Shown here one piece after another: positions 31,905 through 42,097 of a DNA stretch of 64,000 bases; the stretch's first letter is position 1, and each line of letters begins with the position of its first letter. The stretch spans positions 1,330 through 65,329 of the forward strand of contig CAVRFK010000031.1 in the NCBI GenBank assembly GCA_963720365.1. The letters are read 5' to 3'. This DNA comes from an uncultured Gemmatimonadales bacterium. Its GTDB lineage: Bacteria > Gemmatimonadota > Gemmatimonadetes > Gemmatimonadales > GWC2-71-9. The position numbers were made by a program, and so were the translations under genes. Under the pieces are notes generated by a model that made no database searches, was not told the DNA's origin, and was given only the letters and a program-made list of their open reading frames with translations.

Positions 31905-33748
31905 GCATGATTCCCGACGAGACCGTCGATCAGGTCCGCGAGAGCGCCGACCTCGTCGCGATCATCGGCGAGGCCGTGGAGCTCAAGCGCACCGGGTCCG
32001 ACTATCGGGGCCCCTGTCCGTTCCATGGCGGCACCCACCGCAACTTCGCCGTCATCCCCAAGAAGTGCCGCTACTACTGCTTCGTCTGCCACGAGTCGGG
32101 CGACGTGTTCTCCTGGTTCATGAAGCGGTTCGGGATGGATTATCCCACGGCCGTCCGCGAGGCGGCGCGCCGGACCGGCATCGTGATCCCGGAGGGTCCC
32201 GGACGCACCGGACCCGATCCGCGGGAGCCGCTCTTCGAGGCCGTCGCCGTGGCGCACGACTGGTTCACCCGGCAGCTGCTCGAGTCGCCGGAGGGAGCGA
32301 CCGCACGGGAGTACCTGAGCGGCCGCGACATCGCGCTGGACGTGGCCGGCGAGCACGGGCTCGGCTTCGCACCGGCGGGCCGAGGCTTCCTCAACGCGAT
32401 GAAGGAGCTGGGCGTCGATCCCAAGGTGCTGCTGGAGGCGGGACTCAACGCCGAGCGCGACGACGGCAAGGTCATCCCGCGTTTCCGGTCCCGGCTTCTC
32501 TTCCCGATCCACGACCTGCGCGGCCGCGTCGTCGGGTTCGGCGGCCGTCTGCTGGGGCCGGGCGAGCCGAAGTATCTCAACTCGCCCGAGACCCCGATCT
32601 TCCACAAGGGGAAGCAGCTCTACAACCTGCACCTGGCGAAGTCGGCCATCCGGAAGCAGGAGTCGGTGATCCTGGTCGAGGGGTACTTCGACGTGTTCCG
32701 GCTGGTGCTCGGCGGGATCGAGAACGTGGTCGCTCCGCTCGGGACTTCGCTCACCGGCGATCAGGCCAGTCTGCTTCGCCGCTTCGCGCCGTCCGCCACG
32801 CTGCTCTACGACAGCGACAGCGCCGGACTCCGCGCCACCTTCCGGGCCGGTGACGAGCTGCTGCGCCACGGGGTCCGGGTCCGTGTGGCCACGATGCCGG
32901 ACGGGGAAGACCCCGACTCCCTGGTGCGGAAGGGCGGCGCGGCGGCGCTCCAGCCGATCCTCGAGGACGGGATGGACGTGCTGGAGCGGAAGATCCAGCT
33001 GCTGGAGCGGAAGGGCTGGTTCGAGGGGGTGGAGCACCAGCGCGAAGCGCTCGACCGGCTGCTGCCGACGATCCGCGCGGTGGCCGATCCCATCATGCGG
33101 GATCTCTACCTGAAGACGGTCTCGGAACGCACCGGCGTGAGTCGCGAAGTGCTGCGGGACCAGGCCGCGGCGCGAGCGGCGCCGGCGCCCTCGGCGAATC
33201 ACGTGCCGCCGGCCGATACCCCGCCATGGTCGCGGGGGCGCCCGGCCGAGGTGCCGGCGCGCCGGCACCGCCGCCGGGAGGCGGAGCTGTCGGCGGAGCG
33301 GATGATCATGTGGGTGCTCATCAAGGATCCCGCCTGGATCAAGAAGGCGGCGGAGCAGGTTCCTCCCGAGTGGATCGAGACGCCTGCGTTGCGGGAGCTG
33401 TACGAGGCGATGGTTCGGAGTCCCGAAATCGTCCCCTCCGCCCTATTCTTTGAGCAGTTGTCGCCGCTGGGACGAAAGGCCTTCGCCCGGGTGGACAGCA
33501 TCGAGCCGAAGTACGGGGTACCGGACCTCGACCGGGCCTTCGTGGACGCGATCCGACACCTGGAAGGCCGGCCGGTCCGGCGCGAGCTCGATGAGATCGT
33601 CCGGTTGCGGCAAGCGGGCAAGCTGGCGCCGGAGAACTTCGACGCCGCGGTCCTGAAGGAGCGGGAGTTGAAAGCGAAGCTCTCGGCGATCTTTCCCGAG
33701 GAGCTACTGAAGCGCACACTGCGACGGGGGGATGTCGATGCACGCTGA
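31901..33748 (+). CDS. dnaG: DNA primase
   Basis: CPFH/CFVC zinc finger, KYLNSPET, VEGYFD, YDSDSAG, DPD. Confidence 0.96.
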   Translation: MSMIPDETVDQVRESADLVAIIGEAVELKRTGSDYRGPCPFHGGTHRNFAVIPKKCRYYCFVCHESGDVFSWFMKRFGMDYPTAVREAARRTGIVIPEGPGRTGPDPREPLFEAVAVAHDWFTRQLLESPEGATAREYLSGRDIALDVAGEHGLGFAPAGRGFLNAMKELGVDPKVLLEAGLNAERDDGKVIPRFRSRLLFPIHDLRGRVVGFGGRLLGPGEPKYLNSPETPIFHKGKQLYNLHLAKSAIRKQESVILVEGYFDVFRLVLGGIENVVAPLGTSLTGDQASLLRRFAPSATLLYDSDSAGLRATFRAGDELLRHGVRVRVATMPDGEDPDSLVRKGGAAALQPILEDGMDVLERKIQLLERKGWFEGVEHQREALDRLLPTIRAVADPIMRDLYLKTVSERTGVSREVLRDQAAARAAPAPSANHVPPADTPPWSRGRPAEVPARRHRRREAELSAERMIMWVLIKDPAWIKKAAEQVPPEWIETPALRELYEAMVRSPEIVPSALFFEQLSPLGRKAFARVDSIEPKYGVPDLDRAFVDAIRHLEGRPVRRELDEIVRLRQAGKLAPENFDAAVLKERELKAKLSAIFPEELLKRTLRRGDVDAR

Positions 33749-34457
33749 TCTGGTCAAGCTGCTCGATCTACAGGCGAAGGATGCGGCGGTGGCGGAAGTG
33801 GAGCGGCGATTGGACGCGTTGCGGCACGAGACGGGAGCATTGGATCAGGCGCTGAATCGCGCGCGCGAAGGACTCGAGGTCGCGAAGCGCGCGGCGGCCG
33901 AGGCGGCGCGGAAGCGGGACGAGCTGGAGGCGAAGATCGAGAGCTACCGGGTCCTGCAGGACCGGCGACAACAGCGGCTGGAGCACGTGCGGAACCCGAA
34001 GGAAGCCTCCACCCTCATGGCGGAGCTGGACCTGGCGCGGTCGGTGGTGGCCAAGGAGGAGAACGACTGGGTGCGCAGCTCCGACGCGGTCACCCAGGCC
34101 CAGTTCAAGGCGGCGGAAGAAGAGCGGAACGTGGCGGTGGTGGCGGAAGGGCAGACGCCGGAGCGCGACAGGCTGGCGGCGCGCCGGACCGAGATCGAGA
34201 CGGAGGTGGCTGCGGCGAGGGCCACCCGCGAGGCCAGCGCGTCCCGGATCGATCGCGACCTCCGCACGCGTTACGAGCGCCTCCGCAAGGCCCGTTCGGG
34301 GGACATCATCGTGCCGCTCGTCGGCGGGTCGTGCGGCGCCTGCCACACCTTCATTCCGCTCAACCGGCGCAGCCAGATCCGCGCGGGCACGATCCTCGAC
34401 GGTTGCGAGGGCTGCGGCGCGATCCTCTACCCACCCGAATCCGAGAAGCCGGCGTGA
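33738..34457 (+). CDS. Coiled-coil protein with C4 zinc ribbon (DUF164-like)
   Basis: Long coiled coil; CGAC...CEGCGAIL. Confidence 0.85.
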   Translation: MHADLVKLLDLQAKDAAVAEVERRLDALRHETGALDQALNRAREGLEVAKRAAAEAARKRDELEAKIESYRVLQDRRQQRLEHVRNPKEASTLMAELDLARSVVAKEENDWVRSSDAVTQAQFKAAEEERNVAVVAEGQTPERDRLAARRTEIETEVAAARATREASASRIDRDLRTRYERLRKARSGDIIVPLVGGSCGACHTFIPLNRRSQIRAGTILDGCEGCGAILYPPESEKPA

Positions 34458-36181
34458 CGGCGAGCGCCACCCAGGCTCCCATCCTCCGTTGGGTCGTGGC
34501 TCCGCGGCCCGAGCAGGCGGTGGTGGATGAGCTGGCCGGGCGGCTGCATCTGCCGCCCGCGCTGGCCGCGCTGCTGCTCCAGCGCGGCCAGTCGAACACC
34601 GACGACGCGCGCCGGTACCTGCGGCCCGCCATCGGCGACCTCACCGATCCCAACGCGCTCGCCGGCATGGCGGAGGCCGTGGACGCGATCGCCTCGGCGG
34701 TGCGTGCCGGCGGCACCATCATGGTGCACGGCGACTACGACGTGGACGGTCAGTGCGCCACGGCGGTGCTGACCCGCGCGCTGCGCGCGGCGGGAGCCGA
34801 CGTCGTGCCGTTCGTCCCCCACCGCCTCCGCGACGGCTACGACTTCGGCCCGGCCGGACTCGCGGCGGCGCGCGCGGCCGGCGCCTCGCTCGTGGTGACG
34901 TGCGACTGCGGCATCACCGCGGTGGACACCGTGCGCGACGCGCGCGCGGCGGGCATCGGCGTCATCGTCACCGACCACCACCTCCCGGGCGACGAGCTGC
35001 CGCCGGCGCTCGCGATCGTGGACCCGCAGCGGGCCGACGATACCTCCGGCATGGGGCATCTCTGCGGCACCGGCGTCGCCTTCAAGCTGGTGCAGGCACT
35101 GGTCCCGGCACTCGGCCTGCCCGTGAACCTCCCGTACTACCTGCTGGACATGGTGGCGCTCGCAACGGTGGCGGACGTCGTGCCGCTCATCGGCGAGAAT
35201 CGCATCCTGGTGAAGCACGGACTGCGGCTCCTGGCGGAGAGCAACTGGCCGGGGGTGCGAGCCCTGGTGGACTGCTGCGGGCTCGGCGCGGGGCGGGATC
35301 TGCGTGCCGGCCACCTCGGCTTCATCCTGGGACCCCGGCTCAATGCCGCGGGGCGGATCGGCGACGCGGCCGATGGCCTGCGCCTCCTGCTCAGCGACGA
35401 CATGGCCGAGGCGTGCACCCTGGCCCGGCAGCTCGATGGGATGAACATCGAGCGGCAGGCGCTCGACCAACGCATCCTCGACGAGGCGCTGGAGCAGGTC
35501 GAGCGCGACGCCGACCTCGGCCGCGACGCGAGCTTCGTGCTCTCGGCCGAGGGATGGCACCCGGGGGTCGTCGGAATCGTGGCGTCGCGGGTGGTGGAGC
35601 GGTACGGGCGTCCCACCTTCCTGATCGCGTTCGACGGCGACATCGGCAAGGGATCGGGGCGGAGCATCTCGCACTTCGATCTGCACGCCGCGTTGCTCGC
35701 ATGTGGCGATCTGCTGGAGCGATACGGCGGCCACCACATGGCGGCGGGCCTCACCATCCGGCGCGACAAGCTGGATGCGTTCCGCGACCGCTTCGGCGGC
35801 ATCGCCCGCGAGATACTGGCGCCCGAGGACCTCGGACCGGAGCAGCGGGTGGACCTCGAGGTCGAGCTGCAGGAGGTGACCTACGATCTGGAGCGGCTCT
35901 GCCGCTTCCTCGAGCCGTGCGGCATGGGCAACCCGAGCCCCGTGTTCGGCGTGCGCAACGTGCGCCTGGCCGGTCGCTCCCGAGTGGGCCAGGGGCACCT
36001 GAAGGGAACGCTCGACGACGGGCGCTACCGGCTGCCCGCGATCGGCTTTCAGTGGGCGGACCGGGTCCCGTGGCTCGGCGACGGGCCGGTGGACGCCGCG
36101 TTCCGGCTCGAGGTGAACGAGTGGAACGGGCAGACGGGTCTGCAGGCGAGGCTCTGCGCGATCGGGCCGGCGGCGGCGTGA
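34454..36181 (+). CDS. recJ: ssDNA exonuclease RecJ
   Basis: GDYDVDG, TCDCG, TDHH, PRLNAAGR, YGGH. Confidence 0.96.
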   Translation: MTASATQAPILRWVVAPRPEQAVVDELAGRLHLPPALAALLLQRGQSNTDDARRYLRPAIGDLTDPNALAGMAEAVDAIASAVRAGGTIMVHGDYDVDGQCATAVLTRALRAAGADVVPFVPHRLRDGYDFGPAGLAAARAAGASLVVTCDCGITAVDTVRDARAAGIGVIVTDHHLPGDELPPALAIVDPQRADDTSGMGHLCGTGVAFKLVQALVPALGLPVNLPYYLLDMVALATVADVVPLIGENRILVKHGLRLLAESNWPGVRALVDCCGLGAGRDLRAGHLGFILGPRLNAAGRIGDAADGLRLLLSDDMAEACTLARQLDGMNIERQALDQRILDEALEQVERDADLGRDASFVLSAEGWHPGVVGIVASRVVERYGRPTFLIAFDGDIGKGSGRSISHFDLHAALLACGDLLERYGGHHMAAGLTIRRDKLDAFRDRFGGIAREILAPEDLGPEQRVDLEVELQEVTYDLERLCRFLEPCGMGNPSPVFGVRNVRLAGRSRVGQGHLKGTLDDGRYRLPAIGFQWADRVPWLGDGPVDAAFRLEVNEWNGQTGLQARLCAIGPAAA

Positions 36182-36189
36182 GGACTGGG

Positions 36190-36216
36190 TGTCATCCTGA
36201 GCGAAGCGAAGGAGCC
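36190..36216. repeat. REP-like family A, left arm only
   Basis: TGTCATCCTGAGCGAAGCGAAGGAGCC. Confidence 0.75.
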
Positions 36217-36230
36217 GCTGGCGTCGAGTC

Positions 36231-36759
36231 GCAAGGATCGTCTCCGGCACCTGGTCCGCGGCGTCGCCGGTGATCGCTTCGCGGCTCGCCGCAGGACGCC
36301 CGCGTCCGCCCCACCGCCGACCGCGTGCGCGAGGCCTGGATGAGCATCCTCGCCCCGGAGCTGGACGGCGCCCGCGTGCTCGACCTCTTCGCCGGCAGCG
36401 GGGCACTGGGTCTCGAGGCACTCTCACGCGGAGCGGCCATGACGACCTTCGTCGAGCTGAACGCCCCGTCCCTGGACGCGCTCCGCGCGAACATCGAGGC
36501 GCTCGGCGTCGGCGGGCGGGTGACGGTGCACCGGGGCGACGCCCTCCGCTTCGCCGAGGGGCTCCCGGCGGGCGCGTTCGACGTCACCTTTGCCGACCCG
36601 CCGTACACCAACGACGCGGCCGACCGGCTGGTGGCGCTCTTCCGCCGCCACCCCTTCGCGCGCATTCTTTCGGTCGAGCATCCGGCCGGACGGCGGGTCG
36701 AGGGGGACGAGACCCGCCGCTACGGCGACACCGCCGTCACCTTCTGCCGCGCGCCATGA
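36231..36759 (+). CDS. rsmD: 16S rRNA m2G966 methyltransferase (N-terminus garbled, start approximate)
   Basis: [33 protein letters not shown]; upstream of coaD. Confidence 0.88.
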
Positions 36760-37238
36760 CCAGGATCGCGTTGTACCCGGGCTCGTTCGATCCGCCGACG
36801 AAGGGCCACGAAGATCTGGTGCGCCGGAGCCTCGCGCTGGCGGACCAGGTGATCGTCGCCATCGCCAGCAACGGCGCCAAGCAGCCGCTCTTCACGGTGG
36901 ACGAGCGCCTGGAGATGCTGCGCGCCACGGTAGGCGACGACAAGCGGATCTCCATCCAATCGTTCGAGGGCCTGCTCGCCGAGTTCGCCAAGCGGGTCGG
37001 CGCCTCGATCATCGTGCGCGGCCTCCGCGCGGTGAGCGACTTCGAGTACGAGTTCCAGATGGCGCTCATGAACCGCCGGCTGCATCCCTCCCTCGAGACC
37101 GTGTTCCTCGTGCCCGCGGTGGATCTCACCTATCTCAGCTCCAGCCTGGTCCGGGAGGTCGCTCGCTTCGGCGGCGATGTCGGCGGGCTGGTGCATCCAG
37201 TGGTCGCGGCGGCCCTCGCCGCACGGTTCCGCCGATGA
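36756..37238 (+). CDS. coaD: Pantetheine-phosphate adenylyltransferase
   Basis: [31 protein letters not shown]. Confidence 0.96.
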   Translation: MTRIALYPGSFDPPTKGHEDLVRRSLALADQVIVAIASNGAKQPLFTVDERLEMLRATVGDDKRISIQSFEGLLAEFAKRVGASIIVRGLRAVSDFEYEFQMALMNRRLHPSLETVFLVPAVDLTYLSSSLVREVARFGGDVGGLVHPVVAAALAARFRR

Positions 37239-38167
37239 GCTTTCGCGCCGAGCTGCTGAAGCGTGCCGCCGCGCGACACGCGCGGGTGGTGCTCTGCGAG
37301 GGGGAAGATCCCCGGGTCCAGGCGGCGGCCGAGCGGCTCAGGAAGGAAAAGATCGTGGAGCCGATCGTGCTGGGCGGCAACGGACTCTCGCCGGCCAACG
37401 ATCCCCGGCTCAGCCGGATCGCGAAGTATCTGCGGGAGCGCCGCCCCGACGACATCAGGGATGGGGTCCACGCGCTCGACGTCGCGGCCGATCCGGCCAA
37501 CTTCGGCGCGGCGCTCGTCGCACTGGGCGAGGCGGAGGGCGCCGTGGCCGGCGCGGTCCTCACCACGCGGGAGGTGCTGCGCGCGGCGCTGTGGGCGATC
37601 GGCCTGGCGCCGGGCGTGAAGCTGGTGAGCTCGTCCTTCTACATGGTGCTCCAGAGCGACGCGGTGCTCACCTTCACCGACTGCGCCGTGGTGCCCGAGC
37701 CCACCGCCGAAGAGCTGGCCGGCATCGCGCTCGCCGCGGCGCGGGACCGCACCCGCCTGGTCGGTGACTCGCCGCGGGTCGCCTTCCTTTCCTACAGCAC
37801 CAAGGGCAGCGCGGACGGCCCCGAGGTGCGCCGGGTGCGCGAGGCGACCTCCATCTTCCGGAATCTCGCGCCCAACATCCCGGCCGACGGCGAGCTGCAG
37901 GGCGACGCCGCGCTCGTCCCCGACATCTCGGAGCGGAAGTCGCCCGGCTCACCGGTGGGGGGCAAGGCCAACGTGCTCGTGTTCCCCGACCTCAACGCCG
38001 GCAACATCGCCTACAAGCTGACCCAGCGCCTCGGCGGCGCCACCGCCATCGGCCCCATCCTCCAGGGGCTGGCCCGGCCGATGGCCGACCTGTCGCGGGG
38101 AGCCACGGCCGATGATATTGTCGAGGTGGCGGCCATGGTGGCGTTACAGAGCGATTCGACGACCTGA
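37235..38167 (+). CDS. pta: Phosphate acetyltransferase (short PTA/PTB form)
   Basis: [43 protein letters not shown]. Confidence 0.88.
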   Translation: MSFRAELLKRAAARHARVVLCEGEDPRVQAAAERLRKEKIVEPIVLGGNGLSPANDPRLSRIAKYLRERRPDDIRDGVHALDVAADPANFGAALVALGEAEGAVAGAVLTTREVLRAALWAIGLAPGVKLVSSSFYMVLQSDAVLTFTDCAVVPEPTAEELAGIALAAARDRTRLVGDSPRVAFLSYSTKGSADGPEVRRVREATSIFRNLAPNIPADGELQGDAALVPDISERKSPGSPVGGKANVLVFPDLNAGNIAYKLTQRLGGATAIGPILQGLARPMADLSRGATADDIVEVAAMVALQSDSTT

Positions 38168-38178
38168 CGGAGTGACCG

Positions 38179-38514
38179 ATGGGCTTTAGCCAGACCAAGG
38201 ACCAGAGCGGCGTGGCGGTGGTGCAGATCGAGGGGCAGCTCATCGTGGGCAACCGCCAGGAGCTCAAGGACCTGGTGCAGGCGGCGCTGGACAAGGGTGA
38301 GCGCCGCGTCCTGATCGACTTCTCCCGCACCGGCTACATCGACTCCTCGGGGTTGGGTGCGCTGGTGTCCATCTCCAAGCGCATCCGCGAGGCCGGCGGC
38401 GAGCTTCGTCTCTCCGGACTGAACGAAGATCTCCGGTCGCTCTTCGAGCTCACCAAGCTCGACACGCTCTTCGCCATCGCCGACACTCCCCAGCAGGCCC
38501 TGGCCAGCTTCTAG
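38179..38514 (+). CDS. STAS anti-sigma-factor antagonist (RsbV/SpoIIAA-like)
   Basis: YIDSSGLGALV phosphoserine motif. Confidence 0.93.
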   Translation: MGFSQTKDQSGVAVVQIEGQLIVGNRQELKDLVQAALDKGERRVLIDFSRTGYIDSSGLGALVSISKRIREAGGELRLSGLNEDLRSLFELTKLDTLFAIADTPQQALASF

Positions 38515-38526
38515 CGCTCGACGCCG

Positions 38527-38991
38527 ATGACGTCGCCTCTCCGCCTCTGCGTCCGCCGTTCGCCGGCTCCGGAGGCCGAAGACGCGGCCACGCTGGTCAC
38601 GCTCCGCCTGCCCAGCGACGTGAGCTGCATCGAAGAAGCGGTCGAGCTGGTCACCCGCCATTGTCTCGCCGGCCACACCGCGACCCGGACCATCCGGTTC
38701 CGGCTGCAAGTCGTCCTCTCCGAGGCGCTCGCCAATGCCATTCTCCGGGGCAACCAGGAAGCCCTCGACAAATGGGTGGATGTGCGCGCCGAGCTCCGGA
38801 GCGACATCATCCGGCTCTTCGTCACCGACGAGGGACCCGGGTTCGACCCCTCCGCCGTGCCCGAGCCGATCGAGCCCGAGCAGATCGACGAGGCGGGGGG
38901 GCGGGGACTCTTCCTGATCCGCAAGCTCGTGGACGCCGTCCAATTCAACGAGCAAGGAAACTCCATCTGCATGATCCTGCGCCGTCATTAG
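38527..38991 (+). CDS. Anti-sigma factor Ser kinase (RsbW-like)
   Basis: SEALANA, DEGPGFD, GGRGLFLI. Confidence 0.9.
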   Translation: MTSPLRLCVRRSPAPEAEDAATLVTLRLPSDVSCIEEAVELVTRHCLAGHTATRTIRFRLQVVLSEALANAILRGNQEALDKWVDVRAELRSDIIRLFVTDEGPGFDPSAVPEPIEPEQIDEAGGRGLFLIRKLVDAVQFNEQGNSICMILRRH

Positions 38992-39029
38992 TACGGCTCG
39001 GCCTCATCCTCGACTCACTCGGCGCGCTC

Positions 39030-40568
39030 GTGCAGGGACGGGTGCGCCTGTGGCGCTATGACGGCCGCGGGCTCAAGCCCTCCGCCGGCGAGGATCCGGG
39101 CTGGAGCCCGACCATTCCGCGCGCGTCGGGCCCGGTGCCGACGCCGAGCGGAAGCGTCTGGCTCGCTCGGCTGGGGAACCTCGAGGGCTTCTGGCTCGAA
39201 GTGGACGCGGGCGACGAAGAGACGTCGCGCGTCGCGGCCGACCGGGTGGCACCGATCGTCGCCGCCCTGCTCGAAAGCGAGCGGCAGCGCGGCTTCATCG
39301 CCGAGGAGCTGGCGAGCCGCTACCAGGAGATCGATCTCCTCTACGCGATCAGCGAGATCCTGGGGCAGACGGTGCAGCTCGAGGAAGCGACCCGGACGAT
39401 CGTGCGCGAGGTGAGCACCGTGGTCGGCGCGAAGCGGGCGTCCATCATGGTGTTCGACGACGTCGCCGGCGTGTTGCGCACCGTCGCGGCGCGCGGGTTC
39501 GAGCTGGAGGGACTGGGGCCGGTGCGGGTGGACGACGACTGCTCGGTCGCGGCGAAGGTCTTCCGCGAGCAGCGCACCATCGTCCACGATCCCGAGGAGG
39601 CGCCCGACGTCCCCGGCGACTGCGGCGACGATCGCGGCTACAAGGGACGAGCCTACCTCAGCATCCCCATCACCTACGGCGCCCCGGGACTGCCGGTGCG
39701 CTGCATCGGCGTCATCAATCTCACCGACCGCATCGGCGGCGACCGCTTCACGCCGAGCGATCGCAAGCTCGTCGCGGCCGTCGCCAACCAGATCGGCGCC
39801 GCGGTCGAGAACGCGCGCCTGGTGCAGCGGGATCTTCGCCAGCAGCGGCTCCGCCGGGAGCTGGAGCTGGCCCACGACCTCCAGCTCAAGCTGCTGCCGT
39901 CGCCCTCGGTGCTGCACGGGGACGCCGAGGTGGCCGCCCGATGCCTTCCCGCCGAGTCGGTCGGCGGCGACTTCTACACCTTCACGCGGCTGGGCCGCGG
40001 GCGTGTCGGCGTCATGCTGGGCGACGTCGCCTCGCACGGGTTCTCCGCGGCGCTGGTGATGGCGCTGGTGCTGTCCGCCGCCGGTATCCACGCCGCCGCG
40101 TCGGTCACGCCGGACGAGACGCTGAGCGCGCTGCTCGACAGCCTCTCCACCGAGCTCGCGGAGACCGAGATGTACTTCAGCGTGTTCTACGGCGTGCTCG
40201 ATCCGCTCGCGGGCCGGCTGGCGTATGCGAGCGCCGGCCACCCGTACGCGTTCCGGGTCCCGCGGTTCGGCGATCCCGAGCGGCTGGAGACGACCGCGCC
40301 GCCGCTCGGTCTCGCGACCGCCGGGAGCATCCAGCGGAAGCAGGTGCCGTGGAGCGTGGGACACGATCTCCTCGTGCTGTGGACCGACGGTCTGGTGGAC
40401 GCGCGGAACGAGAGCGGCGAGCCCTTCGGCGACACGCGGCTGCTGGCGGAGGTCTGCGCCCACCGGAACGAGTCGACCGAGGCGATCGTGCAGGCGGTGC
40501 TGGCGAGCGCCGACGCGTTCGGAAGCCGGCCGGAGGACGATCGGACGCTGCTGGTGCTCAGGATCTGA
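39030..40568 (+). CDS. GAF + PP2C/SpoIIE phosphatase (RsbU-like); start uncertain, may be ~38991
   Basis: GAF region; VGGDFY, GDVASHG, WTDGLVD, DDRT. Confidence 0.9.
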   Translation: MQGRVRLWRYDGRGLKPSAGEDPGWSPTIPRASGPVPTPSGSVWLARLGNLEGFWLEVDAGDEETSRVAADRVAPIVAALLESERQRGFIAEELASRYQEIDLLYAISEILGQTVQLEEATRTIVREVSTVVGAKRASIMVFDDVAGVLRTVAARGFELEGLGPVRVDDDCSVAAKVFREQRTIVHDPEEAPDVPGDCGDDRGYKGRAYLSIPITYGAPGLPVRCIGVINLTDRIGGDRFTPSDRKLVAAVANQIGAAVENARLVQRDLRQQRLRRELELAHDLQLKLLPSPSVLHGDAEVAARCLPAESVGGDFYTFTRLGRGRVGVMLGDVASHGFSAALVMALVLSAAGIHAAASVTPDETLSALLDSLSTELAETEMYFSVFYGVLDPLAGRLAYASAGHPYAFRVPRFGDPERLETTAPPLGLATAGSIQRKQVPWSVGHDLLVLWTDGLVDARNESGEPFGDTRLLAEVCAHRNESTEAIVQAVLASADAFGSRPEDDRTLLVLRI

Positions 40569-40569
40569 G

Positions 40570-41365
40570 GTGCCCCGGGCAAAGCGGAGGCTGGGCCAGC
40601 ACTTTCTCTCCGATCCCAACATCCTGGATCGCATCGCCGAAGCGCTCGGCGCCACGGATCAGGACACCGTGCTCGAGATCGGGCCGGGGACCGGCGGTCT
40701 GACCGAGGCGCTCGGCGCGCAGGGCGGGGAAGCTGGTGGCGATCGAGAAGGATGCCGAGCTGATCCCCGCGCTCCGCGAGCGGGTGCCGGCCGCGACGAT
40801 CGTCGAGGGCGATGCGCTGGAGGCGGATTGGCACGCGATCGCCGGCGCGGATTTCCTGGTCGCCGGCAACATTCCCTACAACATCACGTCGCCGCTCATC
40901 GACAAGGCCCTGGCACCGCCGCGGCCGCGACGGATCGTATTCCTGGTTCAGAAAGAGGTAGCGGATCGCGTCGGCGCGGCGCCGGGGAGCGATGCCTACG
41001 GCGCGCTCAGCATCGGGGTCCAGGCGGTGGCCGCCGCCGAGCGGCTGTTCACGGTGTTGGCCGGCGCGTTCCACCCCCGTCCGCAGGTGGACTCGGCGGT
41101 GCTCCGGCTGACGCCGCTGGCAACGCCGCTGGTGACGGACGCGGAAGTCGAGCCGTTCCGGCGGCTGGTGGTAGGGTTGTTCGGGTTTCGGCGGAAGCAG
41201 ATCGGCCGCGGGCTCCGGGAGCTGACGGGCTGGGGCGCGGACCGGGCGGCGACCGTGCTGGCCTCGGCCGGCATCGAGGTGGCGGTGCGGCCGGAGACCG
41301 TCTCGCCGGAGCGATTCGTCGCCCTGTTGCGGGTGCTCGTTGACGGGGGGTGGCAGGCGCGGTAG
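40570..41365 (+). CDS. rsmA: 16S rRNA dimethyltransferase KsgA (apparent frameshift ~40720)
   Basis: KRRLGQHFL, EIGPGTG, GNIPYNIT, QKEVADR. Confidence 0.94.
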
Positions 41366-41366
41366 G

Positions 41367-41386
41367 TTTGTGAAATGTTTCACAAA
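41367..41386. promoter_or_regulatory. Rex operator
   Basis: TTTGTGAA-ATGT-TTCACAAA perfect match to TTGTGAA-N4-TTCACAA, 10 nt before rex ATG. Confidence 0.88.
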
Positions 41387-41396
41387 AATGCGTGCC

Positions 41397-42062
41397 ATGC
41401 CTAAGGTTGCCGAGTCGACGGTCCGCCGGTTGTCGCTCTATCTCCGCTTTCTCGAGGAGTTCGAGGGGCAGGGCATCGCCACCGTGAGCTCCGGCGCGCT
41501 GGCGTCGCGGGGCGGGACGACTTCCGCGCAGGTGCGGAAGGATCTCTCGTTCTTCGGCTCGTTCGGCAAGCGCGGACTCGGCTATCCGGTGCCGGAGCTG
41601 GCGGATCAGCTGCGCGAGATCCTGGGGCTCAAGCGCCGGTACCGGGTGGGGATGATCGGGGCGGGGAAGATCGGCAGCGCGCTGGTGCAATACCGCGGCT
41701 TCAAGCAGCGCGGCTTCGACATCATCGCGATCTTCGACAGCGATCCCTCCAAGATCGGCCGCCAGTGGAACGGGCTCACCGTGCTCGACATCGGCACGCT
41801 GGAGAAGGAGCTGGGGAAGCAGGCGATCGACATGGCGGTGCTGGTGACGCCGGCGGACGCGGCGCAGCCGGTGGCGGACCGGCTGGTGAACCTGGGGGTG
41901 AAGGCGATCCTCAACTTCGCGCCGGTGCAGCTCGCGGTGCCGGACGACGTGGTGGTGAAGACGGTGAACCTGGCGCTGGAGCTGGAGACGCTCAGCTACG
42001 CGTTGGCGAGCGGTAGGGGGCCGAGCGGACACCATTGTCATCCCTCGCTTCGCTCGGGATGA
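41397..42062 (+). CDS. rex: Redox-sensing repressor Rex (true stop may be ~42016)
   Basis: RRLSLYLR, QVRKDLSFFG.FG.RG.GY, GAGKIG, ILNFAP. Confidence 0.96.
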   Translation: MPKVAESTVRRLSLYLRFLEEFEGQGIATVSSGALASRGGTTSAQVRKDLSFFGSFGKRGLGYPVPELADQLREILGLKRRYRVGMIGAGKIGSALVQYRGFKQRGFDIIAIFDSDPSKIGRQWNGLTVLDIGTLEKELGKQAIDMAVLVTPADAAQPVADRLVNLGVKAILNFAPVQLAVPDDVVVKTVNLALELETLSYALASGRGPSGHHCHPSLRSG

Positions 42063-42064
42063 CA
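42036..42064. repeat. REP-like family A, internally collapsed copy
   Basis: TGTCATCCC-TCGCTTCGCTC-GGGATGACA. Confidence 0.75.
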
Positions 42065-42097
42065 GGCCGACTTCACACTCACTCCCGCGAGCTCCCC

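Noticed and set aside
36217..36300. rsmD inactivated by repeat insertion
   Set aside because: Sequence next to the half-repeat looks garbled, consistent with basecalling or assembly error at a hairpin; the catalytic part is intact
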